Assembly (NCBI GenBank): GCA_963723605.1
Contig: CAVRRM010000011.1
Location: forward strand, 23,367-87,366
DNA from: an uncultured Actinomycetota bacterium
GTDB lineage: Bacteria > Actinomycetota > Actinomycetes > Propionibacteriales > Propionibacteriaceae
Reading direction: 5' to 3'
Length of the DNA: 64,000 bases
Shown here: piece after piece, positions 52,051 to 62,037 of the stretch
How positions within the stretch are numbered: the stretch's first letter is position 1
How the letters are laid out: each line of letters begins with the position of its first letter
Program-made: the position numbers and the translations under genes
The notes under the pieces: model-generated
The model's input: the letters and a program-made list of their open reading frames with translations, nothing else
Told to the model about the DNA's origin: nothing
Databases searched by the model: none

Positions 52051-53571
52051 CTAGTCGCGGAACACCTCGATCTGGGCGCCCAGGGCGTTGAGCCGGTTCG
52101 GCAGGTCTTCGTAGCCGCGGTTGATCACGTAGACGTCCCGCAGCACACTCGTGCCGCGAGCGGCCAGGGCGGCCAACAGCAAGCACACGGCCGGGCGCAG
52201 CGCCGGGGGAGAGATGATCTCCTGGCCTCGCCAGCGGGTCGGCCCGGTGACGATGATCCGATGCGGATCGAGCAGCTGGACATTCGCGCCGAGCTTGGTC
52301 AGTTCGACCAGGTGGATGGCCCGGTTCTCGTAGACCCAGTCGTGGATCATGGTCTGACCCTCGGCGACGGCGGCGATCACGGCGAAGAACGGCAGGTTGT
52401 CGATGTTCAGGCCTGGGAACGGCATCGGGTGGATCTTGTCCGAGTTGGCCTTCAGGTGCGACGGATGCACGGTGATGTCGACCAGCCGGGTGCTTCCGTT
52501 CTCGGCCGGGTATTCCGGCGACAGGTCGTAGTTGAGACCCATCTCACCCAGGATCGCCAGCTCGATCTCGAGGAACTCGATCGGGCAGCGTTCGACGGTC
52601 AACTCCGATTCGGTGACGATCGCCGCCGTGAGCAGGCTCATCGCCTCGATCGGATCCTCGGACGGGGCGAAGGCGACGTCCACGTCGATCACCCGTTTGC
52701 CGCGGACGGTGAGCGTGGTGGTGCCGATGCCGTCGATCCGGACACCCAGCTGCTGCAGGAAGAAGCACAGGTCCTGCACCATGTAGTTGCTGCTGGCGTT
52801 GCGGATCACCGTCTCGCCCGGATGCCGCGCCGCTGCCATCAACACGTTCTCGGTGACGGTGTCGCCGCGCTCGGTGAGGGTCACCCACCGCTTCGCCTGC
52901 GGATCCAGCGGATCGACACGGGCGTGGTAGGAGCCCTCGGTGGCCTTGATTCCGAGGCCGAACTGACGAAGGGCGTGCAGGTGCGGGGTGACCGTTCGGG
53001 TGCCCAGGTTGCAACCACCGGCGTAGGGCAACTCGAACGCGTTCTCGTCGTGCAGCAAAGGCCCGAGGAACATGATGATGGACCGGGTCCGGCGGGCGGC
53101 CTCTTCGTCCATACGGTCGAGTTCCAGCCGGTCGGGACGGATCAGCTCGAGTTCAGCGCGATCGTGCGACCAGGTCGCCCGCACGCCGACGCTGGTCAGC
53201 ACCTCCAGGATCCGGTTCACCTCTTCGATCTGGGCGATGCCGCGCAACACCGTTCGACCGCGGTTGAGCAGGGACGCGCAGAGCAGGGCGACCGCGGCAT
53301 TCTTGGACGACCGGACGTGGATCCGCCCGGACAGTTTCGTCTCGCCGCGGATCCGCAGATGCATCGCGCCGGTGACCGTGAGGGGTTGCTCGAGGGCCTC
53401 GGCGATCTGGTTGACCAGTTCGACCGAGAGACGCCGATGACCCTCTTCCAGATCGTTCACGGTCTCGGAAGAGGTACCCAGTTCGTGGGCCAGTTCTTGC
53501 TGAGTCAGCCCGCGTTGCCGGCGTGCGTCCCGGATCAGGTACCCGATCCGGGTAGGGGAAAGCTCTGCCAC
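52051..53571 (-). CDS. murA: XRE-HTH domain fused to UDP-N-acetylglucosamine 1-carboxyvinyltransferase (MurA family)
   Basis: IRDARRQRGLTQQELA helix-turn-helix; SKNAA, GGCNLGTR, PFPG, YENR, LR, INRGYE. Confidence 0.85.
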   Translation of the reverse strand: MAELSPTRIGYLIRDARRQRGLTQQELAHELGTSSETVNDLEEGHRRLSVELVNQIAEALEQPLTVTGAMHLRIRGETKLSGRIHVRSSKNAAVALLCASLLNRGRTVLRGIAQIEEVNRILEVLTSVGVRATWSHDRAELELIRPDRLELDRMDEEAARRTRSIIMFLGPLLHDENAFELPYAGGCNLGTRTVTPHLHALRQFGLGIKATEGSYHARVDPLDPQAKRWVTLTERGDTVTENVLMAAARHPGETVIRNASSNYMVQDLCFFLQQLGVRIDGIGTTTLTVRGKRVIDVDVAFAPSEDPIEAMSLLTAAIVTESELTVERCPIEFLEIELAILGEMGLNYDLSPEYPAENGSTRLVDITVHPSHLKANSDKIHPMPFPGLNIDNLPFFAVIAAVAEGQTMIHDWVYENRAIHLVELTKLGANVQLLDPHRIIVTGPTRWRGQEIISPPALRPAVCLLLAALAARGTSVLRDVYVINRGYEDLPNRLNALGAQIEVFRD

Positions 53572-53685
53572 CCGGGCAGCATAGGCCATCCCGGCCGACC
53601 CCTTTCCGCACACGGCACCCACAAGGGGAGATCCGGTTCGGGCACGGGCTGAAAAGTCGTGGACGGGTCCACTAGGGTGCTGATC

Positions 53686-55083
53686 ATGAGCGCACACTTC
53701 GACGTCGTGGTACTGGGCGCAGGCCCGGGGGGGTACGTGGCCGCCATCCGGGCCGCACAGCTGGGCAAGAAAGTTGCCATCATCGAGAAGCAGTGGTGGG
53801 GCGGCGTCTGCCTCAATGTCGGCTGTATTCCCACCAAATCGCTCCTGCGCAACGCCGAACTGGCGCACATCTTCACCCATGAGAAGGACCTGTTCGGCAT
53901 CGAGGGCGAGGTGACCTTCAACTTCGGCAAGGCGTTCAGCCGCAGCCGTGAGGTTTCCGACCGGATGGTCAAGGGCATCCACTTCCTGATGAAGAAGAAC
54001 AAGATCACCGAGTACAACGGCTGGGGCACCTTCGTCGACGGCAAGTCGATCGAGGTGAAGACCGACACCGGCACCGAGGTGGTCACCTTCGACAACTGCA
54101 TCATCGCAACCGGCTCCACCACCCGACTGATCCCCGGCACCACGCGCAGCGCGCGGGTGTTCACCTACGAGGAGCAGATCCTCACCGACAACCTGCCGGC
54201 GTCGATCATCGTCTGCGGGTCCGGTGCGATTGGCACCGAGTTCGCCTACGTCCTGTCCAACTACGGGGTGAAGGTGACCATCGTCGAGTACCTCGATCGA
54301 ATGGTGCCGCTGGAAGACCCAGAGATCTCCCGCGAGTTGGCCAAGGCCTACAAGAAGATGGGTGTGGAGGTACTCACCTCCACCAAGGTCGAGGCCATCG
54401 AAGAGACCGACTCCGGGGTCAAGGTGACGGTCACCCCGGCCAAGGGTGGCGACGCCAAGGTGCTCGAGGCCGACCGGGTGCTGCAGTCGATCGGGTTCGC
54501 TCCCCGCACCGAGGGTTTCGGCATGGAGAAGCTCGGCGTCGAACTGACCGAGCGCGGCGCCATCAAGATCGACGACTACATGCGCACCAACGTGCCGAAC
54601 GTCTACGCGATCGGCGACGTGACGATGAAGCTGGCCCTGGCCCACACCGCTGAGGCGCAGGGTGTTGTCGCCGCGGAGACCATCGCCGGGGCAGAGACCA
54701 TGACGATCAACTACGACATGATTCCGCGGGCGACCTACTGCCAGCCGCAGATCGGGTCGTTCGGCTACACCGAAGAGCAGGCCAAGGAGCGCGGCTACAA
54801 CGTCAAGGTGGCCAAGTTCCCGTTCAGCGCCAACGGCAAGGCGCACGGTCTCGGTGACGCGACCGGTTTCGTGAAGATCGTCGCCGACGCCGAGCACAAC
54901 GAGATCCTCGGCGCCCACATGATCGGCCACGACGTCACCGAGTTGCTGCCCGAACTGACCCTGGCCCAACAGTGGGACCTCACCGCAGACGAGGTGGGCC
55001 GCAACATTCACGCCCATCCGACCATGTCCGAGGCACTCAAGGAGACCGTCGAAGGCATTGCCGGACACATGATCAACTTCTGA
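53686..55083 (+). CDS. lpdA: Dihydrolipoyl dehydrogenase
   Basis: [28 protein letters not shown]. Confidence 0.95.
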   Translation: MSAHFDVVVLGAGPGGYVAAIRAAQLGKKVAIIEKQWWGGVCLNVGCIPTKSLLRNAELAHIFTHEKDLFGIEGEVTFNFGKAFSRSREVSDRMVKGIHFLMKKNKITEYNGWGTFVDGKSIEVKTDTGTEVVTFDNCIIATGSTTRLIPGTTRSARVFTYEEQILTDNLPASIIVCGSGAIGTEFAYVLSNYGVKVTIVEYLDRMVPLEDPEISRELAKAYKKMGVEVLTSTKVEAIEETDSGVKVTVTPAKGGDAKVLEADRVLQSIGFAPRTEGFGMEKLGVELTERGAIKIDDYMRTNVPNVYAIGDVTMKLALAHTAEAQGVVAAETIAGAETMTINYDMIPRATYCQPQIGSFGYTEEQAKERGYNVKVAKFPFSANGKAHGLGDATGFVKIVADAEHNEILGAHMIGHDVTELLPELTLAQQWDLTADEVGRNIHAHPTMSEALKETVEGIAGHMINF

Positions 55084-55095
55084 CCCGGTTGCGAC

Positions 55096-55133
55096 CCGAC
55101 CGCTGCCGACACCTCGTGGGCGGCGGTCGGTTC
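55096..55133 (+). terminator. Hairpin downstream of lpdA
   Basis: CCGACCGCTGCC...GGCGGCGGTCGG followed by TTC. Confidence 0.6.
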
Positions 55134-55234
55134 AGGTTGGACGGTGATTGTAGCTGAGCCGGGTACGGCCAGTTCCGGACGCCGGTTCGGTGGGTCGGCG
55201 GGCAAATCTTTGCCGCGCTTGTCAGGATGGACGC

Positions 55235-56254
55235 ATGCATCCCCGTTCTCTCGGCGCGCTGACTGCCGCCTGCGCACTCATTCTCGCGGGCTGCGGTACT
55301 GCCGCTCCGGCCGTTTCCACCTCGCCCGTCGCTCAGGCCAGCGCGACCGGCCCGTCCGGTGGAGCGACCACCAGCGCTTCGCCGGCAACGTCCGCTTCGC
55401 CGTCCCCATCGACGTCCGAGCCGACCGAACCGGCCGCCCTGGAGTTGCCCCGCGGCGGCACGGAACTGTTCCCCAGGTACCGCCTGTTCGGATACTCCGG
55501 GTTCCCCGGTGCGCCCGGCCAGGGCCGGCTCGGCATCGGCTCGATGGACGACCGGATGAAAGAGATCGAGCAGCGCGGCCAGGCCTACCGCGGTGGACGC
55601 GAACTGTTGCCGGTGATGGAACTGATCGCCGTGACCGTGCATGGCTCGCCGGGCTCCGACGGCATGTTTCGCTCGCGCGTCGATGACAAGGTGATCAAGC
55701 AGTGGCTCAGCATGGCCAACAAGCACAAGGCGCTGTTGCTGTTGAACATTCAGCCAGGACGGGCCGACTTCATCGATGAGGTGAAGTACTTCGAGAAGTG
55801 GTTGAAGTACCCCAACGTCGGGCTGGCGCTCGACCCCGAGTGGGCCGTCGACAAGGGCCAGATCCCGGGCCGGGTTTTCGGTCACACCAGCGGCAAGGAA
55901 CTCGACACGGTGGCCACGTACGTCTCTGGCCTGATCGCGGCGAACAACCTGCCCGACAAGGTGATGCTCTGGCACCAGCTGAACCGGGACGTGCTGAAGA
56001 ACCCCAGGGACCTGAAGCAGTACCCCGGTGTGGTCTACATCAACTCGGTGGACGGGATCGGCTCACCGGGCGCCAAGACGTCCACCTACAACGCGGTGAT
56101 CAAGACCCGGCCCAAGTTCGTCCACGCCGGCTTCAAGTTGTTCTACCTCGAAGACAAGCTGCCCAAGTACAACGGCGGCAGCACCGGACGGCTGATGACG
56201 CCGAAGGAAGTGCTGAAGCTCAAACCGCAGCCGGAGTACATCCTGTTCGAATGA
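55235..56254 (+). CDS. Conserved hypothetical lipoprotein
   Basis: LAGC lipobox, Ser/Thr/Pro linker, LNIQPG, LALDPEW, DGIG...K..TY, GFKLFY. Confidence 0.8.
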   Translation: MHPRSLGALTAACALILAGCGTAAPAVSTSPVAQASATGPSGGATTSASPATSASPSPSTSEPTEPAALELPRGGTELFPRYRLFGYSGFPGAPGQGRLGIGSMDDRMKEIEQRGQAYRGGRELLPVMELIAVTVHGSPGSDGMFRSRVDDKVIKQWLSMANKHKALLLLNIQPGRADFIDEVKYFEKWLKYPNVGLALDPEWAVDKGQIPGRVFGHTSGKELDTVATYVSGLIAANNLPDKVMLWHQLNRDVLKNPRDLKQYPGVVYINSVDGIGSPGAKTSTYNAVIKTRPKFVHAGFKLFYLEDKLPKYNGGSTGRLMTPKEVLKLKPQPEYILFE

Positions 56255-56343
56255 GCACCCACGCACGTGCTGGACGACCCGCCCGGCGTTGGTCGTCCGT
56301 GCCTGGCTCGCCTGAATCGCAAGGGTGTTCTATATTGAGCAGC

Positions 56344-56805
56344 ATGAGCTTAGCGATTCAGGTCACCTTCGATTGTCACGACCCGGCCGCGCTGTCAGTG
56401 TTCTGGCGCGACGCCTTGGGCTACGTCCATCCTGGTCCGCCGGGTGTCGAGCTGGGGGACGGTGACGACCCGTTGGTCGCGTGGGACGAGTTCCTCGACC
56501 GGGTGAACGCTCCGATGGAAGAGCGCAATCGTGCCTCCGCCCTGGTGGATCCGGACGGTCAGGGTCCGCGGATCTTCTTCCAGCGGGTGCCCGAGCCCAA
56601 GGTGGCCAAGAATCGCTTGCACCTGGACGTTCGGGCGGCGCCCGGCATCAAGGGCGAGGGCCGGCTACCCGCGCTCGAGCAGGAAGCCGAGCGGCTGGTG
56701 GCGCTTGGTGCGACCCGGGTGGAGCGCTTCGAGGCCGAACCCGGAATGAGCGACGGCTTCATCGTCATGCGTGACCCGGAGGGCAACGAGTTCTGCTTGG
56801 ACTGA
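56344..56805 (+). CDS. VOC/glyoxalase-like family protein
   Basis: VTFDCHDP, FQRVPEPK..KNRLHLD, DPEGNEFC. Confidence 0.88.
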   Translation: MSLAIQVTFDCHDPAALSVFWRDALGYVHPGPPGVELGDGDDPLVAWDEFLDRVNAPMEERNRASALVDPDGQGPRIFFQRVPEPKVAKNRLHLDVRAAPGIKGEGRLPALEQEAERLVALGATRVERFEAEPGMSDGFIVMRDPEGNEFCLD

Positions 56806-56963
56806 GCCGGCCGGATCCATGCGCGTTCAGGGCGGACTGGCTCGCCGCACGGCTCTTCGTGCAGGCTGCAACCTGAATCACCATTGATTAAGTCTTGGGA
56901 CTGAACAGTGCAATCGCTAGGTGCGCAAGGGCCAGGGCTGAGCACGCCGACTACTGTCGTGTG

Positions 56964-57173
56964 ATGAGCATCAGCAAGGGTGACCGGGTGTCCTGGAACA
57001 CCTCACAGGGGCCGACCCAAGGCACTGCCGAGCAACGACGCACGAAGGAGTTCCAGCACGACAACCAAAAGTTCAACGCGAGCAGCGACGATCCGTATTG
57101 GATCGTCAAGTCGGAGAAGACGGGTGCCACCGCGGCACACAAGGAATCGTCACTGCGCAAGTTGAGAGGGTGA
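56964..57173 (+). CDS. DUF2945 (HVA1 Tudor-like) small protein
   Basis: KGDRVSWNTSQG, AS.DDP.W.VKSEKTG..AAHK..SL. Confidence 0.8.
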   Translation: MSISKGDRVSWNTSQGPTQGTAEQRRTKEFQHDNQKFNASSDDPYWIVKSEKTGATAAHKESSLRKLRG

Positions 57174-57276
57174 GTAACCCGACCCTGCTCAAAGCCTCGC
57201 AGTTGGCCGATAAGCAACATTATGTCAAAACAGGCTTAAGTCGGCGACCGGCCGGCTGAGCTAACGTTCTGCGGTG

Positions 57277-58641
57277 ATGGGAGCCACGAACGAAACGGGC
57301 ACGCCGTCCCTGGTCGAGGTTCTGCGCGGACGCCGGGGACGGTTCCTGATCGCGCTGCTGCTCGCCGAGTTCGCCGCCGCGATGCAGGGCATCGCCTACA
57401 GCACGGTGCTGCCGGTAATGGCCCGCGACCTGGACGGCTTCGCGCTGTTCGGCGCCACCCTGGCGGCCGGCTCGGTGGCTGCGGTGCTCATGTTGTCGTT
57501 CTCGTCCCAGATCCTCGCCCGAGTGCCTCCGACGCTGGTGCTGCTGGTGGCCACCGCCCTCTACGTGCTCGGAGCCGCGATGGCGGTCTTCGCCCCGGCG
57601 ATGGCGTGGGTGCTGGCCGGCACGATGGTGCGCGGCGTCGCAGCCGGCCTGCTCGCCGGATTCGGCATGGGGGCGATCGGTGCGCTGTACGACGAGCGGG
57701 AGCGACCGCGGGTTTTTGGCCTCTACGCCCTGATCTGGCTGCTGCCCTCTGTGGCCGGCCCTCCACTCAACGCCCTGATCACCGAATGGCTGGGCTGGCG
57801 CTGGGCAGTCGGCTGGCCGGCGGTGCTGGTGGTGATCGCGCGAATGCTGATCGGCGCGACGATCTCGGCGGTGCCCTGGAGCCCCAACCCCGAATCGGCG
57901 CCCGTGCGTGCGCGGGTCGGCGCTCTGGTGGCCGTGCTGCTCGCCATCGGCGCCTGGGGCTCGACGTCCCCGACCGGCTGGGGACTCACCGCCCTGGCCG
58001 TGGGCGGTCTAGGCGGTGCTCTGGCCATCGCCGTGTTCCTGATCCGCAGTGATCCCGCGGCGGCGCGGGTGCTGATTCCCTTCGCGCTGCTGTGCGCGAC
58101 CCATTTCGGGGTGTACGAACTGCTGTCGCTGAGCGTGATCGAGGCGCTCGGCTCGACGGTGCTGATGGCGTCATTGGCGGTGACCGGCGGGCTGGTGGCC
58201 TGGTGCCTGGCCGGTCTCAGGCCGCGCCCCGAGGCCCGGCCCGACCGTGCCATTGCGGGCCCGGTGCTGATGACCGTCGCCGTCGGCGTCGTCATCGCTG
58301 GGCTGCTGGCCGGGAACCAGGTGGGTCTCGTGCTGGTGATTGCCGGGTCGGTGCTGGTCGGACTCGGCATGGGGTGGGCCTATCCCCTGCTCAGCTCGGA
58401 GCCGTTCAACGGAGCCGGAGCCGCGCCCACCATCGGCACCCTGATCGCTTTTGCCGAGACGGCTGCGACAGCGTGGGTGGCGCTGGTGGCCGGCGGAATG
58501 TACTCCGCGCTCCACGGCCTCGGTTGGGCACCGTCACCCGCGTTGATCGCGGTCTTCGGGGTGTTGGTCGCGGTCGGCGCTGGAACCGTCGGTGCAGCCG
58601 CCCGACGCCATGCACCCCGGGTAGCTGCTCCGCTGTCCTGA
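57277..58641 (+). CDS. MFS transporter (drug-efflux-like)
   Basis: Many transmembrane segments; TVLPVMARDLDG, LPSVAGP, GWRW. Confidence 0.82.
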   Translation: MGATNETGTPSLVEVLRGRRGRFLIALLLAEFAAAMQGIAYSTVLPVMARDLDGFALFGATLAAGSVAAVLMLSFSSQILARVPPTLVLLVATALYVLGAAMAVFAPAMAWVLAGTMVRGVAAGLLAGFGMGAIGALYDERERPRVFGLYALIWLLPSVAGPPLNALITEWLGWRWAVGWPAVLVVIARMLIGATISAVPWSPNPESAPVRARVGALVAVLLAIGAWGSTSPTGWGLTALAVGGLGGALAIAVFLIRSDPAAARVLIPFALLCATHFGVYELLSLSVIEALGSTVLMASLAVTGGLVAWCLAGLRPRPEARPDRAIAGPVLMTVAVGVVIAGLLAGNQVGLVLVIAGSVLVGLGMGWAYPLLSSEPFNGAGAAPTIGTLIAFAETAATAWVALVAGGMYSALHGLGWAPSPALIAVFGVLVAVGAGTVGAAARRHAPRVAAPLS

Positions 58642-58746
58642 GAGCGGCGACGCTGGTTGGCCCCCGAGGGGTGTTTCGTTGACGCCCCCCGCGGCTGGCA
58701 GACTGTCCGGCGAGCTTGACCGACCGCTCGACGAAAGGACCAGGTC

Positions 58747-59433
58747 ATGAGCGCCACTCCGCCACCTGAGGGGCAGCAATTCAATTCGGGCGCCCAGAAC
58801 ATTCCTCCGCAGGGACCGCGGAATCCGGCCCAGGGCCAGCCTGGCGGAAACCCTGGCACTCCGCAGGTGGGTCCGGACGGGCAGCCGCTCCAGCCCGGCG
58901 GGTCGGCCCAGTTCGGCCCCGACGGCCAGCCGCTCCAGCAGCCCGGTTACCAAGTTCCCCCGCAGTTCGGCCCCGACGGCCAGCCGCTCCAGCAGCCCGG
59001 TTACCAAGTTCCCCCGCAGTTCGGCCCCGACGGCCAGCCGCTCCACCAGCCCGGTTACCCGCCACCTCCGGCCGGTGGTTTCATGCCGCCCGCGGTTGAG
59101 CAGCCCAAGCAGGGCGGCACCCTGAAGCGAATCCTGACCTCGGTGGGCATCGCGCTGGTTGTGATCGTGGTGAGTGTGCTCTGGCGCTCCGGCGTCTTCG
59201 ACAGTCCCGCCATGAAGGTGGGTGACTGCGTGCAGAAGTCCGGTGAGGACAGCGTCAAGGTGGTCACCTGTGGCACCGCTGACGCTCAGTACTCCGTGCT
59301 GGGCATCGTCGAGAAGCAGAGCCGCTACTCCGGCCAGGCCGGCGCCTGCAGCGCGTGGCCGGACACGACCACTGTTTACTGGGAGGGACGCAACACCAGC
59401 AGCGGTACCGTCTACTGCCTCAAGCAGCTCTGA
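58747..59433 (+). CDS. Pro/Gln-rich single-pass membrane protein with small Cys-containing C-terminal domain
   Basis: GAAAGGA ribosome-binding site; PQ repeats, one transmembrane helix, KVGDC..VTC..AC..YCL. Confidence 0.75.
   Translation: MSATPPPEGQQFNSGAQNIPPQGPRNPAQGQPGGNPGTPQVGPDGQPLQPGGSAQFGPDGQPLQQPGYQVPPQFGPDGQPLQQPGYQVPPQFGPDGQPLHQPGYPPPPAGGFMPPAVEQPKQGGTLKRILTSVGIALVVIVVSVLWRSGVFDSPAMKVGDCVQKSGEDSVKVVTCGTADAQYSVLGIVEKQSRYSGQAGACSAWPDTTTVYWEGRNTSSGTVYCLKQL
58909..59058 (+). repeat. Coding tandem repeat, about 2.8 x 54 bp (QFGPDGQPLQQPGYQVPP)
   Basis: Near-identical units at 58909, 58963 and 59017; a degenerate unit at 58864. Confidence 0.9.
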
Positions 59434-59443
59434 TCCACGCCTG

Positions 59444-59469
59444 GGCGCCGACTTCGGTCGGCGCCTTTT
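59444..59469 (+). terminator. Intrinsic terminator
   Basis: GGCGCCGAC-TTCG-GTCGGCGCC-TTTT. Confidence 0.85.
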
Positions 59470-59539
59470 CGCGTGCCCGGCCGGGGTGGTTCTGCGGGTG
59501 GCCCCACCGGGCCGGCGTCCGGAGTGTCACACTGGCGCG

Positions 59540-60196
59540 GTGCAACCGGGTGTCGTGCTGATCAGTGACCCACGCGTGAGCGCCATTGCGGTCCGCGAGA
59601 ACGGGGATCCCCTGGTCGACCTGCGCGGTCTTGCACGCCTTCGGATCGACGACCGCAAGCGCGACGACACGGGCGGGTGGTACCACGCCCGCCAGGGGTT
59701 GGCGCAACGGTTGGCAGTGGCTGCGGCCGGACTGCCGGCGGGCTTCGAGCTGTTGATCGTCGAGGCCTTCCGGTCACCGACCCGGCAGACCGGGTACTGG
59801 CAGCACTATCGCGCGGAGCTCTGCGCGCACTATCCCGGCCTGTCCGAGCCGCAGCTGTACGAACTGGCCAGCCGCTTCGTCGCGCCGCCGGATCTCGCCC
59901 CGCACACCACCGGCGGCGCGGTCGACCTGACTCTGTGCGACACCGACGGAAACGAGCTCGACCTGGGGTCCGCCCTCGACGCGACGCCCGAGCAGAGCAA
60001 CGGCGCCTGCTACACCGACGCCGACGTAGGGGAATCAGCGGCAGCCAATCGAGCGGTTCTGGTCACCGCCCTGAGCAGAGCCGGCCTGGTCAACTACCCG
60101 ACTGAGTGGTGGCACTGGTCCTACGGCGAGCGGTACTGGGCCTTCATCACCGGCTCAGCGCACGCTCGCTACGACCGGATCGAACTGCCGTCCTGA
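59540..60196 (+). CDS. D-alanyl-D-alanine dipeptidase (M15, VanX/DdpX-like)
   Basis: EAFRS, PHTTGGAVDL, EWWHWS. Start is approximate. Confidence 0.88.
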   Translation: MQPGVVLISDPRVSAIAVRENGDPLVDLRGLARLRIDDRKRDDTGGWYHARQGLAQRLAVAAAGLPAGFELLIVEAFRSPTRQTGYWQHYRAELCAHYPGLSEPQLYELASRFVAPPDLAPHTTGGAVDLTLCDTDGNELDLGSALDATPEQSNGACYTDADVGESAAANRAVLVTALSRAGLVNYPTEWWHWSYGERYWAFITGSAHARYDRIELPS

Positions 60197-60273
60197 CCGA
60201 TTGTGCCCGCGTTCACGAGGCATGCCCTGCACGGGGGAATGGGAAGAGCGTTCCTGGGATTCCGGTGCCCGGT

Positions 60274-60585
60274 TCAGGGGCTTGGCACGCGGTCGAGGCG
60301 GCCGTACGCGGCCAGCGCGTCCAGTACCGGAGCGGTGGCGCGGCCGGCCTCGGTGAGCCGGTACCGGACGACCACCGGCGGCCCTGGTTCCACCACCCGC
60401 TCGGCCAGCCCCGCGGCACACAGCTCGCGCAGCCGCGCGGACAACACGGCGTCCGTGACTCCCCCGGCCCCGCGGGCGATCTCGGAGAAGCGTTCCGCAC
60501 CTGAGAGCATCGTCTTGAGCACGGCGGCAGCCCACGCCCTGCCGAAGATCCGCAGGGCTCGCTCGATGGCGGCGCAGTCGTCCAT
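60274..60585 (-). CDS. HxlR/DUF24 winged-helix regulator
   Basis: C..ERALRIFGRAW, RFSEI, LSARLREL, V.YRLT..G. Confidence 0.88.
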   Translation of the reverse strand: MDDCAAIERALRIFGRAWAAAVLKTMLSGAERFSEIARGAGGVTDAVLSARLRELCAAGLAERVVEPGPPVVVRYRLTEAGRATAPVLDALAAYGRLDRVPSP

Positions 60586-60657
60586 CGACCTCCCTTGGAA
60601 TAACTGAGCGACTATGCTGTTGATAGCAACGTTAGCACGAGTAGGAAAGCTGAGAAC

Positions 60658-61677
60658 GTGACCAAGAAGATCGGTTTCCTGTCCTTCGGCCACTACCGGG
60701 ACATTCCGGGCTCCCGGGTCCGGACGGCCGGCGATGCCCTGCGCGACCACGTCGACCTGGCGGTCGCTGCCGAGGCAGCAGGCTTCGACGGGGCTTGGCT
60801 GCGAGTGCATCACTTCGACCACAGCCTGGGTGCCCCGTTTCCCCTCCTGGCGGCGATGGCGGCGCGCACGTCCACCATTGACGTGGGCACCGGTGTGGTC
60901 GACCTGCGCTACGAGAATCCGCTGTACCTGGCCGAGGAGGCCGGAGCGACCGACCTGATCAGTGCCGGACGACTCCAACTGGGCATCAGTCGCGGATCGC
61001 CCGAGCCGGCCGCGGACGGGCAGGCAGCCTTCGGTTACCACCTCTCCGAGGGTGCGGACTGGGCCGGAGTGACCCGCGAACGGGCTGAGTTGTTCCGTCG
61101 TGCGATCGCCGGCGCACCGGTGGCGCACTCCAAGGCTGCGCTCGGGCGAGGACTGGCCGTGGATCTGCCGATCCAGCCGCACTCCCCCGGCCTGTCCGAG
61201 CGGATCTGGTGGGGCGCCGGCAGTCACGCCACCGGGCTCTGGGCGGGCCAGGAGGGCTACAACCTGCTGTCGTCCACGCTGCTGCTGGCCGACGACGGAC
61301 GTCCGTTCCACCTGCAACAGGCCGACCAGGTGCGCGAGTACCGGCGACAGTTCGCAACGGCCGGGCACACCGAGGGCGGTCTCGCCGCGGTGACCAGGAG
61401 CGCGTTCCCGATCACCACCGCCGAGGATCACTCCTATTTCGGTCTCGAAGGCGGTGGCGGTGACTCGGTCGGCTACCTGGACGGAACCACGGCCCGGTCG
61501 GGACCGACCTTCGCCGGCAGTCCGGACGAGATCGCGGCCGCGCTCATCGCTGACGAGGCGGTGCAGGAGGCGGACTACGTGCTGTTCGCGCTGCCGTCCA
61601 TGTTGGGCGTCGACTACAACGCCCACCTGTTCGAGAACCTGGCCGCGGTCGCCCGCGAGCTGGGCTGGAAGGAATGA
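60658..61677 (+). CDS. LLM-class flavin-dependent oxidoreductase
   Basis: KKIGFLSFGH, RVHHF, RYENPLYLAE, LQLGISRGSPE. Confidence 0.9.
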   Translation: MTKKIGFLSFGHYRDIPGSRVRTAGDALRDHVDLAVAAEAAGFDGAWLRVHHFDHSLGAPFPLLAAMAARTSTIDVGTGVVDLRYENPLYLAEEAGATDLISAGRLQLGISRGSPEPAADGQAAFGYHLSEGADWAGVTRERAELFRRAIAGAPVAHSKAALGRGLAVDLPIQPHSPGLSERIWWGAGSHATGLWAGQEGYNLLSSTLLLADDGRPFHLQQADQVREYRRQFATAGHTEGGLAAVTRSAFPITTAEDHSYFGLEGGGGDSVGYLDGTTARSGPTFAGSPDEIAAALIADEAVQEADYVLFALPSMLGVDYNAHLFENLAAVARELGWKE

Positions 61678-62027
61678 GAGAGATGACCACCAGGTACGAC
61701 TGGGAGGCGGCCCTGCTCGCCTTCAACACTCGTGACTACCGCACCGCGGTCGAGCGGTTCGAGAAGGTGCTGACCGCACAACCGGGGCACACCGACGCGC
61801 GCGAGTACTTGGCTCGGGCGTACTACATCCGGGCGTCCCTGCCGCTGGCCGAACGCGAGGCGCGAACGATCCTCGAGGCCGATCCGACCAACGAATACAT
61901 CACCCTGCTGCTGGCCCGGGTGCTGGAGCGGCAGAGCCGTCACGAGGAGGCGGCCGGCGTCCGGCGGATCCTGGCCGCCCTGACCGGGGACCCGCGTCAC
62001 ACGGCTGGTCACGCAGCGCTGGCCTGA
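61674..62027 (+). CDS. Tetratricopeptide repeat protein
   Basis: AREYLARAYY..A.L..AE, DPTNEY..LLLARVLERQ. Confidence 0.8.
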   Translation: MREMTTRYDWEAALLAFNTRDYRTAVERFEKVLTAQPGHTDAREYLARAYYIRASLPLAEREARTILEADPTNEYITLLLARVLERQSRHEEAAGVRRILAALTGDPRHTAGHAALA

Positions 62028-62037
62028 GACGAGCAAT

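Noticed and set aside
52051-55068. 1005-aa minus-strand ORF
   Set aside because: The N-terminal half is the antisense shadow of lpdA; the real gene starts near 53571.
59540-60196. Vancomycin resistance cluster
   Set aside because: A lone VanX/DdpX-type dipeptidase with no vanH, vanA, vanR or vanS.
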